Position numbers and translations under genes: made by a program
Shown: positions 7,741 to 15,554 of the stretch, piece by piece
Numbering within the stretch: position 1 is the stretch's first letter
How the letters are laid out: each line of letters begins with the position of its first letter
Notes under the pieces: generated by a model
The model's database searches: none
Told to the model about the DNA's origin: nothing
The model's input: the letters and a program-made list of their open reading frames with translations, nothing else
Assembly (NCBI GenBank): GCA_002351925.1
Contig: DEHM01000019.1
Span: 14,942-78,941 of the forward strand
Origin: Bacteroidales bacterium UBA2800
GTDB lineage: Bacteria; Bacteroidota; Bacteroidia; Bacteroidales; Paludibacteraceae
Reading direction: 5' to 3'
Length of the DNA: 64,000 nt

Positions 7741-9265
7741 CCACATTCACGGCGCGCACCTCACGGATGACGGTCACCTTGATCTGTCCCGGGTAGGTCA
7801 TCTCGTCCTGGATACGTTTGGCCAGGTCGAACGAGAGCAGCTCGGTATCTTTGTCGCTGATCTTGTCGGCACCCACGATGACACGCAGTTCACGACCGGC
7901 CTGCAGGGCATAGGTCTTCACTACGCCGGGGAACGACATCGCCATGTTCTCCAGGTCGTTCAGTCGTTTCACGTAGCTCTCTACGATCTCGCGGCGGGCA
8001 CCAGGACGGGCACCGGAGATAGCGTCGCAGGCCTGTACGATAGGAGCTATCAGACTCTTCATCTCACACTCGTCGTGGTGTGCACCTACGGCGTTGCAGA
8101 TATCCGGTTTCTCGCCGTATTTCTCGCAGAGTTTCATTCCCAGCTCGGCGTGCGGCAGCTCGACGTCGTCGTCAGCCACTTTACCGATATCGTGTAGTAG
8201 ACCGGCGCGTTTGGCGGCCTTCACGTTCAGACCCAGTTCACCGGCCATGGCGGCACAGAGGTTAGCTGTCTCACGGCTGTGCTGCAGCAGGTTCTGTCCG
8301 TACGACGAGCGGTACTTCATCTTTCCTACCAGTCGTACCAGTTCGGGGTGCAGACCGTGTACGCCCAGGTCGATGGTCGTACGTTTGCCTACCTCGATGA
8401 TCTCCTCTTCCACTTGTTTGGTCACCTTAGCCACCACCTCTTCGATACGGGCAGGGTGGATACGACCGTCTTGCACCAGTTGGTGCAGCGCCAGACGCGC
8501 TATCTCGCGACGTACGGGGTCGAAGGCGGAGAGGGTGATGGCCTCCGGGGTGTCGTCCACTACGATCTCCACGCCGGTAGCGGCCTCCAGGGCACGGATG
8601 TTACGTCCCTCGCGACCGATGATACGACCTTTCACCTCGTCGTTCTCGATATGGAAGACGCTGACGGTGTTCTCTGCTGCGGTCTCCGACGACACGCGCT
8701 GTATCGTCTGGATAATGATTTTCTTGGCCTCTTTGTTAGCCTCCAGACGGGCGTTGTCCATGATCTCGTTGATGTACGACATCGCGGCGGTCTTCGCTTC
8801 GTCTTTCAGTGCCTCCACCAGTTGTTTCTTAGCCTCTTCGGCCGACATACCGCTCAGTTGCTCGAGCTGTTTCTCGGCCTCGTGGTGCATTTTCTCCACT
8901 TCCTGCTGCTTGTAGTCGAGCGCCTGCTGACGCTGGTCTACCTGCTGTATTTTCTGGTTCACTTCGTTGAGGCTGCGCTGTACATCTCCCTGTCGCTGGT
9001 TGAGCTGCTGCTCGCGTTGCTGCAAGCGCTGTTCCTGTTGCTGTATACGCTTGTCCTGTTCACGGACGGCGTTGTCGTGCTCCAACTTCAGGGCGATGAA
9101 TTTCTCTTTAGCCTCAACAATCTTGTTCTTTTTCATCACCTCGGCTTCTTCCTCTGCTTTCTTCAGCAGGTTGGTCGCAGCGATACGGGCGATGAGGTAG
9201 TAGATGCCGGCTCCGAGAACGAGGCCGCCTACTGCCGCAATAATCAGTAAGATTGCTGTGTTCAT
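7733..9265 (-). CDS. rny: Ribonuclease Y
   Basis: N-terminal TM helix, long coiled coil, KH domain ([15 protein letters not shown]) and HD domain (LLHDIGK, GAHH). ATG 9265 (MNTAILLII) is preferred over the TTG at 9277 in the track. Confidence 0.92.
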   Translation of the reverse strand: MNTAILLIIAAVGGLVLGAGIYYLIARIAATNLLKKAEEEAEVMKKNKIVEAKEKFIALKLEHDNAVREQDKRIQQQEQRLQQREQQLNQRQGDVQRSLNEVNQKIQQVDQRQQALDYKQQEVEKMHHEAEKQLEQLSGMSAEEAKKQLVEALKDEAKTAAMSYINEIMDNARLEANKEAKKIIIQTIQRVSSETAAENTVSVFHIENDEVKGRIIGREGRNIRALEAATGVEIVVDDTPEAITLSAFDPVRREIARLALHQLVQDGRIHPARIEEVVAKVTKQVEEEIIEVGKRTTIDLGVHGLHPELVRLVGKMKYRSSYGQNLLQHSRETANLCAAMAGELGLNVKAAKRAGLLHDIGKVADDDVELPHAELGMKLCEKYGEKPDICNAVGAHHDECEMKSLIAPIVQACDAISGARPGARREIVESYVKRLNDLENMAMSFPGVVKTYALQAGRELRVIVGADKISDKDTELLSFDLAKRIQDEMTYPGQIKVTVIREVRAVNVAK

Positions 9266-9284
9266 AAAAATTATCAATTAGTAT

Positions 9285-9336
9285 TTTAACGGTTTAACTA
9301 TTTAACGTCGCGCAGCGACCATTTTAACCTTTTAAC
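9285..9336. repeat. Second copy of the TTTAAC-word / hairpin element (GTCGC-GCA-GCGAC)
   Basis: TTTAAC gg TTTAAC ta TTTAAC GTCGCGCAGCGAC cat TTTAAC ct TTTAAC. It spans the rny/zapA junction. Confidence 0.9.
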
Positions 9337-9614
9337 GCATTCAGCACCTCTTTGTTAAGGTGCTTGAGTGCCGCTTCTACGGGAACGAGACTCTTCTCTC
9401 TTGCGTCCGACTGGAGTGCTACGGCTACTTCCAGCGCCGTGTACATCCAGAGTTGCTCGGCCGAAGCGGTGGGACGAAGCTTCAGGTAGTACTGATAGCG
9501 CTGGTTGAGCAGCTCCGCTGCCTTGCGGTAGTTAGGCTCCTGCTCACGCGGCACATCCAGCCCCACGGTGTGGGCATCCAGATGCAAGTTGATATGTTGC
9601 TTGTCGCTTATCAT
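9324..9614 (-). CDS. zapA: Cell division protein ZapA-like
   Basis: 96 aa. The size and the position directly upstream of rny match the arrangement common in Bacteroidetes. The assignment is from memory of the family and is not verified. Confidence 0.65.
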   Translation of the reverse strand: MISDKQHINLHLDAHTVGLDVPREQEPNYRKAAELLNQRYQYYLKLRPTASAEQLWMYTALEVAVALQSDAREKSLVPVEAALKHLNKEVLNALKG

Positions 9615-9620
9615 CTCTTA

Positions 9621-9685
9621 TCTTACAGCGAAGCGGTCTTACAGTGTAACGGTCTTACAGCGAAGCGGTCCTACAGCGTCAGCGG
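9621..9685. repeat. 16-nt tandem repeat TCTTACAGCGAAGCGG x4
   Basis: tcttacagcgaagcgg tcttacagtgtaacgg tcttacagcgaagcgg tcctacagcgtcagcgg. It fills the gap between zapA and the coiled-coil gene. Confidence 0.95.
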
Positions 9686-9961
9686 TCAGCGCCGCAAGGC
9701 GCTAATGGCCCTATCCACCTGCGCGATGAGCGCGTTGATACGCTTGGTGGCCTCCTCTGCGCTTTCGGCGGAGGTGAGTGCATTGGCGGTGGCTATGCGG
9801 CGGTTCTTCTGCTGCAGCTCCGCCAGTTCGCTATGCGTGCGAATCAGTTCCTGCCGTTGGCGCTCTACGTCCTCACGCAGTGCCGCGTTCTCCTGCTGCA
9901 ACGCCTCATAGCGCTCCAGCAACACGTGCACGTTGCGCGAAAGATCATCGAGAGCCTGCAT
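9686..9961 (-). CDS. Small coiled-coil protein upstream of zapA (a ZapB-like role is inference only)
   Basis: 91 aa, almost entirely heptad coiled coil (LLERYEALQQENAALREDVERQRQEL). Confidence 0.6.
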   Translation of the reverse strand: MQALDDLSRNVHVLLERYEALQQENAALREDVERQRQELIRTHSELAELQQKNRRIATANALTSAESAEEATKRINALIAQVDRAISALRR

Positions 9962-9962
9962 C

Positions 9963-11174
9963 TTAGAAACTATATCCTACGCCAATACCGATGACTCCTT
10001 TGAACTGCACGCGCTCGGACATCACACCTTCCTTATTGGCAATAAGCGTCCCCGGATAGTACTTCAGGCTGGTTTGCAGCGTCACCTGCAGACATTTCAG
10101 GAACTGATAGCTCAGCGCTACGTCCCAGTCGACGTCGAACATACCTATGAAGCGGTTCTTATTCGAGTATTCGAAATAGCGGTCCTCTGCCGGCAGTGCA
10201 GCCCAGTCCGCCTCCGTGCGGGTCAGGTCAGCAGCCATCCATGCATCTTTCACCTTGAAGCCCTTACCCTGATACGGGGTAAAGAGTGCCAGCGTGGTGC
10301 TCAGCTTGAAGTCCTTGTACGCGTAAGCTATCGAGCCCTTGAGGCTGAAACCGAACTCAGCGCGGTAGTTGCGGTAGTGCTCTGCGCCGTCCGATGCGAA
10401 GTAGGTCGTACCTATGGTGCGTTGCAGCTCGCTGCGCACGTCGGCGTGGGTAGCCATCAGGTTGTCGTAAACGGCCGGTGTCCAGTCAGCCTCCGTACGC
10501 GTCGGGTCAGCCGCCAACCATGCCTGCTTGGTGTAACGCTCGTTCCAGCTGTTGCCGATATAGGCGGTCGTGATACGACCTGCTACCGGGGAGATATAGA
10601 GCGAGAAGTCCGCACCCTTGTAGCTGTACTTATAGTCGATACCGACAGAGATATCGGTGTACGACGGAGCTAACCATTTGGAGATAAGCGGGTTGTGACC
10701 CTCCTGGTAGTTGAAGCCCGGAGCGTACTGGCTCTGGAAACCGCCCAATACGGTCAGATACCAGTTCTTCTTGAACTCCCAACCGAACTTGGTAGCCAGC
10801 TTGATGTTGTCGCTCGATTTCTGGAAAGCGTCCTCTTTTTGGTCGATCCAGGTGATACCGAAGTCGGTGTCGAAATTGGTATCCCAGGCAATGCCGTTCT
10901 TGTGGTAGAGCAGGTGCAGCTTCGCATAGGCGATACCGTTCACGTTGTTCTTACCGCCGGCAGCCCAGTTCACCAGACCCGTGGCTGCAGCATTCAGGCC
11001 TACCGTACCGTCGAATTTCCAGGCTTTCTCGGCCTGCTCCAGCTTCTTCAGGTCATCGCCTGCCTTGGCTGCAGCCTCTGCATTCTCAGTCACTACGGCT
11101 TTATCTACTTCTTGAGCACTCATACTCAGCGCCGCCATCATACACAGCGCTACAGATAAAAATGTACGTTTCAT
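9963..11174 (-). CDS. Outer-membrane beta-barrel protein (resembles the DUF3078 family)
   Basis: Internal ATG 11174 gives the signal peptide MKRTFLSVALCMMAALSMSAQE. The track start at 11312 would cross the promoter and terminator. The protein shows an alternating beta pattern and a C-terminal GVGYSF. It also contains an internal duplication, W(M/L)AAD(L/P)TRTEADW. Confidence 0.65.
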   Translation of the reverse strand: MKRTFLSVALCMMAALSMSAQEVDKAVVTENAEAAAKAGDDLKKLEQAEKAWKFDGTVGLNAAATGLVNWAAGGKNNVNGIAYAKLHLLYHKNGIAWDTNFDTDFGITWIDQKEDAFQKSSDNIKLATKFGWEFKKNWYLTVLGGFQSQYAPGFNYQEGHNPLISKWLAPSYTDISVGIDYKYSYKGADFSLYISPVAGRITTAYIGNSWNERYTKQAWLAADPTRTEADWTPAVYDNLMATHADVRSELQRTIGTTYFASDGAEHYRNYRAEFGFSLKGSIAYAYKDFKLSTTLALFTPYQGKGFKVKDAWMAADLTRTEADWAALPAEDRYFEYSNKNRFIGMFDVDWDVALSYQFLKCLQVTLQTSLKYYPGTLIANKEGVMSERVQFKGVIGIGVGYSF

Positions 11175-11224
11175 GTTATTCAAAAAATTGTTGTTTGTTA
11201 TTGTTCGTTTATGATTTTGCGCTG

Positions 11225-11255
11225 CAAAATTACTACTTTTTTTTGATATATGCAA
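11225..11255 (-). promoter_or_regulatory. Promoter for the DUF3078-like gene (TTG-N20-TAATTTTG)
   Basis: The reverse complement reads cTTGCATATATCAAAAAAAAGTAGTAATTTTGCAG. Confidence 0.65.
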
Positions 11256-11291
11256 GCAAAAAAGAAAAAAACGCACCCGAAGATGCGTTTT
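11255..11291 (-). terminator. Rho-independent terminator after the S41 peptidase gene
   Basis: The minus strand reads AAAACGCA-tcttcggg-TGCGTTTT followed by TTTTTTCTTTTTT. It lies 28 nt after the stop. Confidence 0.65.
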
Positions 11292-11318
11292 GGGAGTCTT
11301 TTCCCTTGCCATTTCGTA

Positions 11319-12644
11319 TTAATTACCCGTGCGGATGAATTGCAATGCGCGGTCGATTTGGTTATCGGCCCCGGCACCCTTGTTCCACGTAGCGGCATCG
11401 AAGGGGATTTCGATATCTGGCGTGACGCCGCGGCCTTCAATGATTTTGTTGTCAAGAGTGAACGCCACTTCCTGCGGGATATAGCAGAAGACCGAAGTGA
11501 CATTTTGTTCACCGACAAAGCCGGCGTAGTTATTGGTGTATGTCTCCTTGCCGGATAGTGCACAGAATCCGCCGTACGTGCGTGTGCCGATGAGGCATCC
11601 GTTATCAAGCACTTTCGCACTATACGCGGTGTGCTCGCCCATGCTGACGGTAGCGCAGTTACCGAGCACTGCGATAGGTTCTGTCACCGTGACATGCTCG
11701 TCAGGGAAAGTATTCATTGTCTGCGGCAGAATAGGCGAGTAGTCGAGCCGTCCTGTTCCGCGTTTGAATCGTGCGTTCGATTCGAGCATGCCGCCAGAGG
11801 GTACCAGTGCACCGATGACCAGTTGATAATCGGCGAGCAGACCACCTCCATTGGAGCGCACATCGATGATGACGCCTCCCAGATCACCGGCTTTATGGTG
11901 CTCCTGGATGGCATCGAACCACGCGTTCCAGGTGTCGCGTATACCCGTAATAATAGCGAGTGCTGTTGAATCGGCGTCCGGGAACTTCTGCGCCGCAATG
12001 TCCGGATCGACATAAAACAAGAGCGAGAAATGATTGAATCCGAAGTAGGCTATATTGTCGTCAAACAGCGCATAGGTAACAGACAGCGGATTGGCCAAGA
12101 ACGGAGCATAAGAGTATGTCTGGTCGACATCGGTCGTCGAACACTTTTTGTACGCTTTGAGTTTACCGCTTGTTTGGTAATGGTCCAGAATAGGTTCCTT
12201 TCCGTAAACCATAGCATGCTCTTCTCCTCGCTCGCGCTGAACACGCATATACCCCGGACTCGAAGTGACGTAAGTGCCCGTTTGATGGTTCTTCATCTGA
12301 ATAGCGAGGTGTCCGTCGTGCAAGGGTGCTACGACGGAATCCAGCAGCGCCTTGAGCTGCGCATTCGTTACCGGATCTTGCTGTTTGTCCAGCGCCTCGA
12401 ATTTCGGCAAATACGCGTCATAGACCTTGTCCCAATCGAGCCCTTGTTCGTATTCGTAGTCCCAAAGCGCATAGTTGGCACTCATGCCGCGCCACATGAC
12501 CTCGAACTTGCCGGCATAACTTCTATTCGCTTCGCCGAAGGCCATATTATCGTTATAGGCATAGCTCAGCACCTCATCGCTCTTCTGACGGCAACCAGCC
12601 AAAGCGAGAGCACAAAGAATAAAGAATAAAATATATCTTTTCAT
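11319..12644 (-). CDS. S41 family peptidase (C-terminal processing protease-like lipoprotein)
   Basis: Internal ATG 12644 gives the lipoprotein signal MKRYILFFILCALALAGC. The S41 core is IIDVRSNGGGLLADY. Confidence 0.78.
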   Translation of the reverse strand: MKRYILFFILCALALAGCRQKSDEVLSYAYNDNMAFGEANRSYAGKFEVMWRGMSANYALWDYEYEQGLDWDKVYDAYLPKFEALDKQQDPVTNAQLKALLDSVVAPLHDGHLAIQMKNHQTGTYVTSSPGYMRVQRERGEEHAMVYGKEPILDHYQTSGKLKAYKKCSTTDVDQTYSYAPFLANPLSVTYALFDDNIAYFGFNHFSLLFYVDPDIAAQKFPDADSTALAIITGIRDTWNAWFDAIQEHHKAGDLGGVIIDVRSNGGGLLADYQLVIGALVPSGGMLESNARFKRGTGRLDYSPILPQTMNTFPDEHVTVTEPIAVLGNCATVSMGEHTAYSAKVLDNGCLIGTRTYGGFCALSGKETYTNNYAGFVGEQNVTSVFCYIPQEVAFTLDNKIIEGRGVTPDIEIPFDAATWNKGAGADNQIDRALQFIRTGN

Positions 12645-12661
12645 ACTATCTCTTTTCGCTG

Positions 12662-13339
12662 TTAGAAAATATAACTGATACCGGCTTGCAGGCCTATCGT
12701 GGTGTGATAGCGATAGTCCTTCTGGTGGTCCATATACGGCTTGGTGGCACTGATAACGCTGTAGTAACACACGGCTTCAATCTGCGCCAGCCAGTGCGGA
12801 TGGAACTTATACTCGATACCCAAGCCGCCGGTGTAACCGAAGTCACCTCGCTGGTCTTTGAGATTACTAAACACAATCTGTTCGCTGATGTTATGCCCCG
12901 TACCACTAATGGAGGAGTACTCCTGTCCTGAGCGTTTGCCGGTCAGCCACGCACCTCCATAGACGCCGAGGTCGACGAAACCGCGCACTTTCTGACCGCC
13001 GAAACTGAAATTGACCGTCACGGGGAAGAGCAGATAGTTGTTCACATAGCACATATCCAGTCTGTCTGCGTATGCACCGCGCGTATGACGGTAGTTACGC
13101 TGCGCAAAGAACGCACCGGCACGAAGGCCGAGCCAGTCGAAGAAGTTATACTGGGCTGTCAGTCCTGCCGTTCCGCCCCATTGTTCGTCAAAGCGATAGT
13201 CGGTGGCGTACTGTTTGTCCACTGAATAGTGGTTCCAAGTGGCACCGCCATTAACACCCAAACGCCATTGAGCCTGGGTAGTAATAGCCAATGGCGAAAG
13301 GAGCATCAACGCCACGAGAAACAAGAATTTTTGTCTCAT
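12662..13339 (-). CDS. Small outer-membrane beta-barrel (porin-family) protein
   Basis: 225 aa with a signal peptide ending AITTQAQ, amphipathic beta strands and a C-terminal ISYIF. Confidence 0.7.
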   Translation of the reverse strand: MRQKFLFLVALMLLSPLAITTQAQWRLGVNGGATWNHYSVDKQYATDYRFDEQWGGTAGLTAQYNFFDWLGLRAGAFFAQRNYRHTRGAYADRLDMCYVNNYLLFPVTVNFSFGGQKVRGFVDLGVYGGAWLTGKRSGQEYSSISGTGHNISEQIVFSNLKDQRGDFGYTGGLGIEYKFHPHWLAQIEAVCYYSVISATKPYMDHQKDYRYHTTIGLQAGISYIF

Positions 13340-13442
13340 AAATCATATTTTACAGATTCTCTTCTACAAAGGTGTACGATGAGAGTTCGAAGTCGCCTTG
13401 GTATATGATCAATATTTAAAAGTAAAACTTTGGAAGTTGCTG

Positions 13443-13450
13443 CAAAAGTA
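13443..13450 (-). promoter_or_regulatory. -7 box TACTTTTG upstream of the small OM barrel gene
   Basis: The reverse complement of caaaagta is preceded by AAAAAAGTAG, as in the other promoters. No clear TTG sits at N20. Confidence 0.5.
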
Positions 13451-13506
13451 CTACTTTTTTCTGTTCATTCTCGTTCCCATCTCGTTCGCATGGCGGACGC
13501 TCGCGG

Positions 13507-14316
13507 TTAGCTACTTTTTTGAAGGCGGAGGAGGCACCAGTCGTTGGTGGAGCGGGTGTCGAGGAGGTGCAGACCATGGGCTTCGGCGGCGGTGATGAGT
13601 GCAGGGGCATCGGCCGTGTAGAAACCGCTGAGCCAGAGTTGACCGCCATCGACCAGCGAGGCGGCATAGTCGGGCATATAGTGGAGAAGGATGTTGCGAT
13701 GGATGTTGGCGAGGATTAAGTGGAAAGATGAAAGATGAAAAATGAAAGATGACGCGTGTTGCACCTCGACGTCTTCGCCATTGAGGGCGGCGTTCTCGCG
13801 GGCATTGATGACACTCTTCTCGTCGATATCGGCCGCCACGACACGTGTCGCGCCGAGTCGCTTGGCGAAGATAGCCAGTACGCCTGTGCCGGTGCCGTGG
13901 TCGAGGACGGTGTAGGGGGTAGGGGGTAGAGGGTTAGAGGTTAGAGGGGAGAGGTTTATCAATGCATCGATCATCATCGAGGTAGTCTCGTGGTGGCCGG
14001 CGCCAAAGGCGCAATGGGGTACAATACGGATGCCGAGCGGCAGCTGTTGCTCGGGATGGTCGGCCTCCCAAGCAGCGTTCCAGTTCTCATCGGGACAAGC
14101 CTCGACAGAAAGGAGTTGCGCGGACTGATCCATGGCATATTCAACGCCGATAGTAGCGCGTATGAGTTTTTCTTTCTGCTCCCATATCTCCGAGGGCAGG
14201 TAATAGTCGTCTCCATCGATGGTATCGACACCGATATTACAAAGTATCTGGTCGAAGACGGCCTTTCGCCATTCTTCCGGGAAAGCGGTCTTAATGTGTA
14301 AAACGTGATAACGCAT
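13507..14316 (-). CDS. prmA: Ribosomal protein L11 methyltransferase
   Basis: PrmA pattern HHETTSMMIDAL, SAM motif LDHGTGTGVLA, ADIDEKSV and LANI. Contains two in-frame word-repeat segments. Confidence 0.82.
   Translation of the reverse strand: MRYHVLHIKTAFPEEWRKAVFDQILCNIGVDTIDGDDYYLPSEIWEQKEKLIRATIGVEYAMDQSAQLLSVEACPDENWNAAWEADHPEQQLPLGIRIVPHCAFGAGHHETTSMMIDALINLSPLTSNPLPPTPYTVLDHGTGTGVLAIFAKRLGATRVVAADIDEKSVINARENAALNGEDVEVQHASSFIFHLSSFHLILANIHRNILLHYMPDYAASLVDGGQLWLSGFYTADAPALITAAEAHGLHLLDTRSTNDWCLLRLQKSS
13721..13752. repeat. Heptad repeat TGAAAGA x4, in frame in prmA (coding strand TCATCTT, encodes SSFIFHLSSFH)
   Basis: tggaaaga tgaaaga tgaaaaa tgaaaga. Confidence 0.9.
13912..13954. 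repeat. Heptad repeat TAG(G/A)GGG / TTAGAGG x5-6, in frame in prmA (coding strand CTAACC-type words, encodes SPLTSNPLPPTPYT)
   Basis: gtaggggg taggggg tagaggg ttagagg ttagagggga gagg. Confidence 0.9.
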
Positions 14317-15526
14317 AACCTACTAAATAATTGCTGCCGCCGATGAAGATAGCGTCTTCGGGTGCGGCGTGGGTTTGTGCATAGCGGATGGCCTCTTCGG
14401 GATCGTCGATAGCGAGTCCCTCTTTGCCCCAGAGACGGAGCATCTCTTCCGCGCTGCGAGCACGCGGGGTGTCCGGGCGCGTGAAGATATAATGATAACG
14501 CTCGCCGCACGGGAGGAGCGTCATGACGGTTTCGGTATCTTTGTCGTTGACCATGCCGAAGACGATATAGACATGGGGGGTGGGCAGTTGGCTGAGTTGC
14601 CGGGCTACATAGCGCAGTCCGTGGCTGTTGTGGCCGGTGTCGCAGATAGTGAGCGGTCGTTCGCACACGATTTCCCAGCGGCCCCTTAATCCCGTCATCG
14701 TACAAACTTTCTCAAAGCCCTCTCTGATTGCTAAATCCGGAATCCTGATAGCTCTTAGTGCCACGAAGGCGGTCTGGAGGTTGTGTTCTTGGTAGATGCC
14801 TTGGAGTTGGCAGTCGGGCGCTACGCGGAGACGGGTGCGGCGGAGGTATTCGCACTGGTCGGCGAACCAGATAGGCGACTGACACGCCTGTGCGCGTGCG
14901 GTGAAGACCGGTTCGGTAGCCGGGGCGGTCTCGCCGATGACGACGGGTACACCGGGTTTGATGATGCCGGCTTTCTCAGCGGCTATCTGCGGGAGCGTCG
15001 TACCGAGAAACTCGGTATGGTCGAGACCGATATTGGTGATGACGGAGAGGACGGGCGTAAGGACATTGGTGCTGTCGAGTCGTCCGCCGAGTCCTACCTC
15101 GATGACGGCTATGTCAACTTGCTGCCGGACAAAATAGGCGAAGGCGAGTGCGGTCATCGTCTCGAAGAACGAGGGTTGGAGGGCGTCGAGTTGGGAGCGA
15201 TAGGTCGTGACGAAAGCGGCCACCTCGGCTTCGGGGATAGGTTGTCCGTTGATACGGATACGCTCGCAGAGCGAGACGAGGTGGGGCGAGGTGAAGAGTC
15301 CGACACGCAGTCCGGCGGCCTGTAACGCTGCGGCGATGAGGTGGGAGGTAGAGCCCTTGCCATTGGTGCCGGCTACGTGGATAGCGCGCAGCTGACGATG
15401 AGGATTGCCCACCAGCTCCATGAGGCGGAGAGTGGTGTTGAGTCCGGGCTTATAGGCCGCTGCGCCGACCTGGTGGAACGGCGGGCGGGAGGAGTACAAA
15501 TAAGAGACCGCTTCGCTGTAAGACAT
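14291..15526 (-). CDS. folC: Folylpolyglutamate synthase / dihydrofolate synthase
   Basis: 411 aa, Mur-ligase fold with P-loop AGTNGKGST and N-terminal YSEAVSYLYS. The 3' end overlaps the prmA start by 26 nt. Confidence 0.88.
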   Translation of the reverse strand: MSYSEAVSYLYSSRPPFHQVGAAAYKPGLNTTLRLMELVGNPHRQLRAIHVAGTNGKGSTSHLIAAALQAAGLRVGLFTSPHLVSLCERIRINGQPIPEAEVAAFVTTYRSQLDALQPSFFETMTALAFAYFVRQQVDIAVIEVGLGGRLDSTNVLTPVLSVITNIGLDHTEFLGTTLPQIAAEKAGIIKPGVPVVIGETAPATEPVFTARAQACQSPIWFADQCEYLRRTRLRVAPDCQLQGIYQEHNLQTAFVALRAIRIPDLAIREGFEKVCTMTGLRGRWEIVCERPLTICDTGHNSHGLRYVARQLSQLPTPHVYIVFGMVNDKDTETVMTLLPCGERYHYIFTRPDTPRARSAEEMLRLWGKEGLAIDDPEEAIRYAQTHAAPEDAIFIGGSNYLVGYALSRFTH

Positions 15527-15554
15527 TAGACCGCTTCGCTGATAGACGTTAGAC
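15505..15554. repeat. 23-nt duplicated unit containing the reverse complement of TCTTACAGCGAAGCGGTCT; spans the folC start and the folC/dnaE gap
   Basis: agaccgcttcgctgtaagacatt / agaccgcttcgctgatagacgtt / agac. The first copy encodes the folC N-terminus MSYSEAVS. Confidence 0.9.

Noticed and set aside
9621-9685. Direct-repeat arrays (16-nt x4 here, 33-nt x2.6 at 41928-42011, 11-nt x3 at 41805-41837) considered as CRISPR arrays.
   Set aside because: The repeats are contiguous with no unique spacers and are too short or too few. No cas genes are present.
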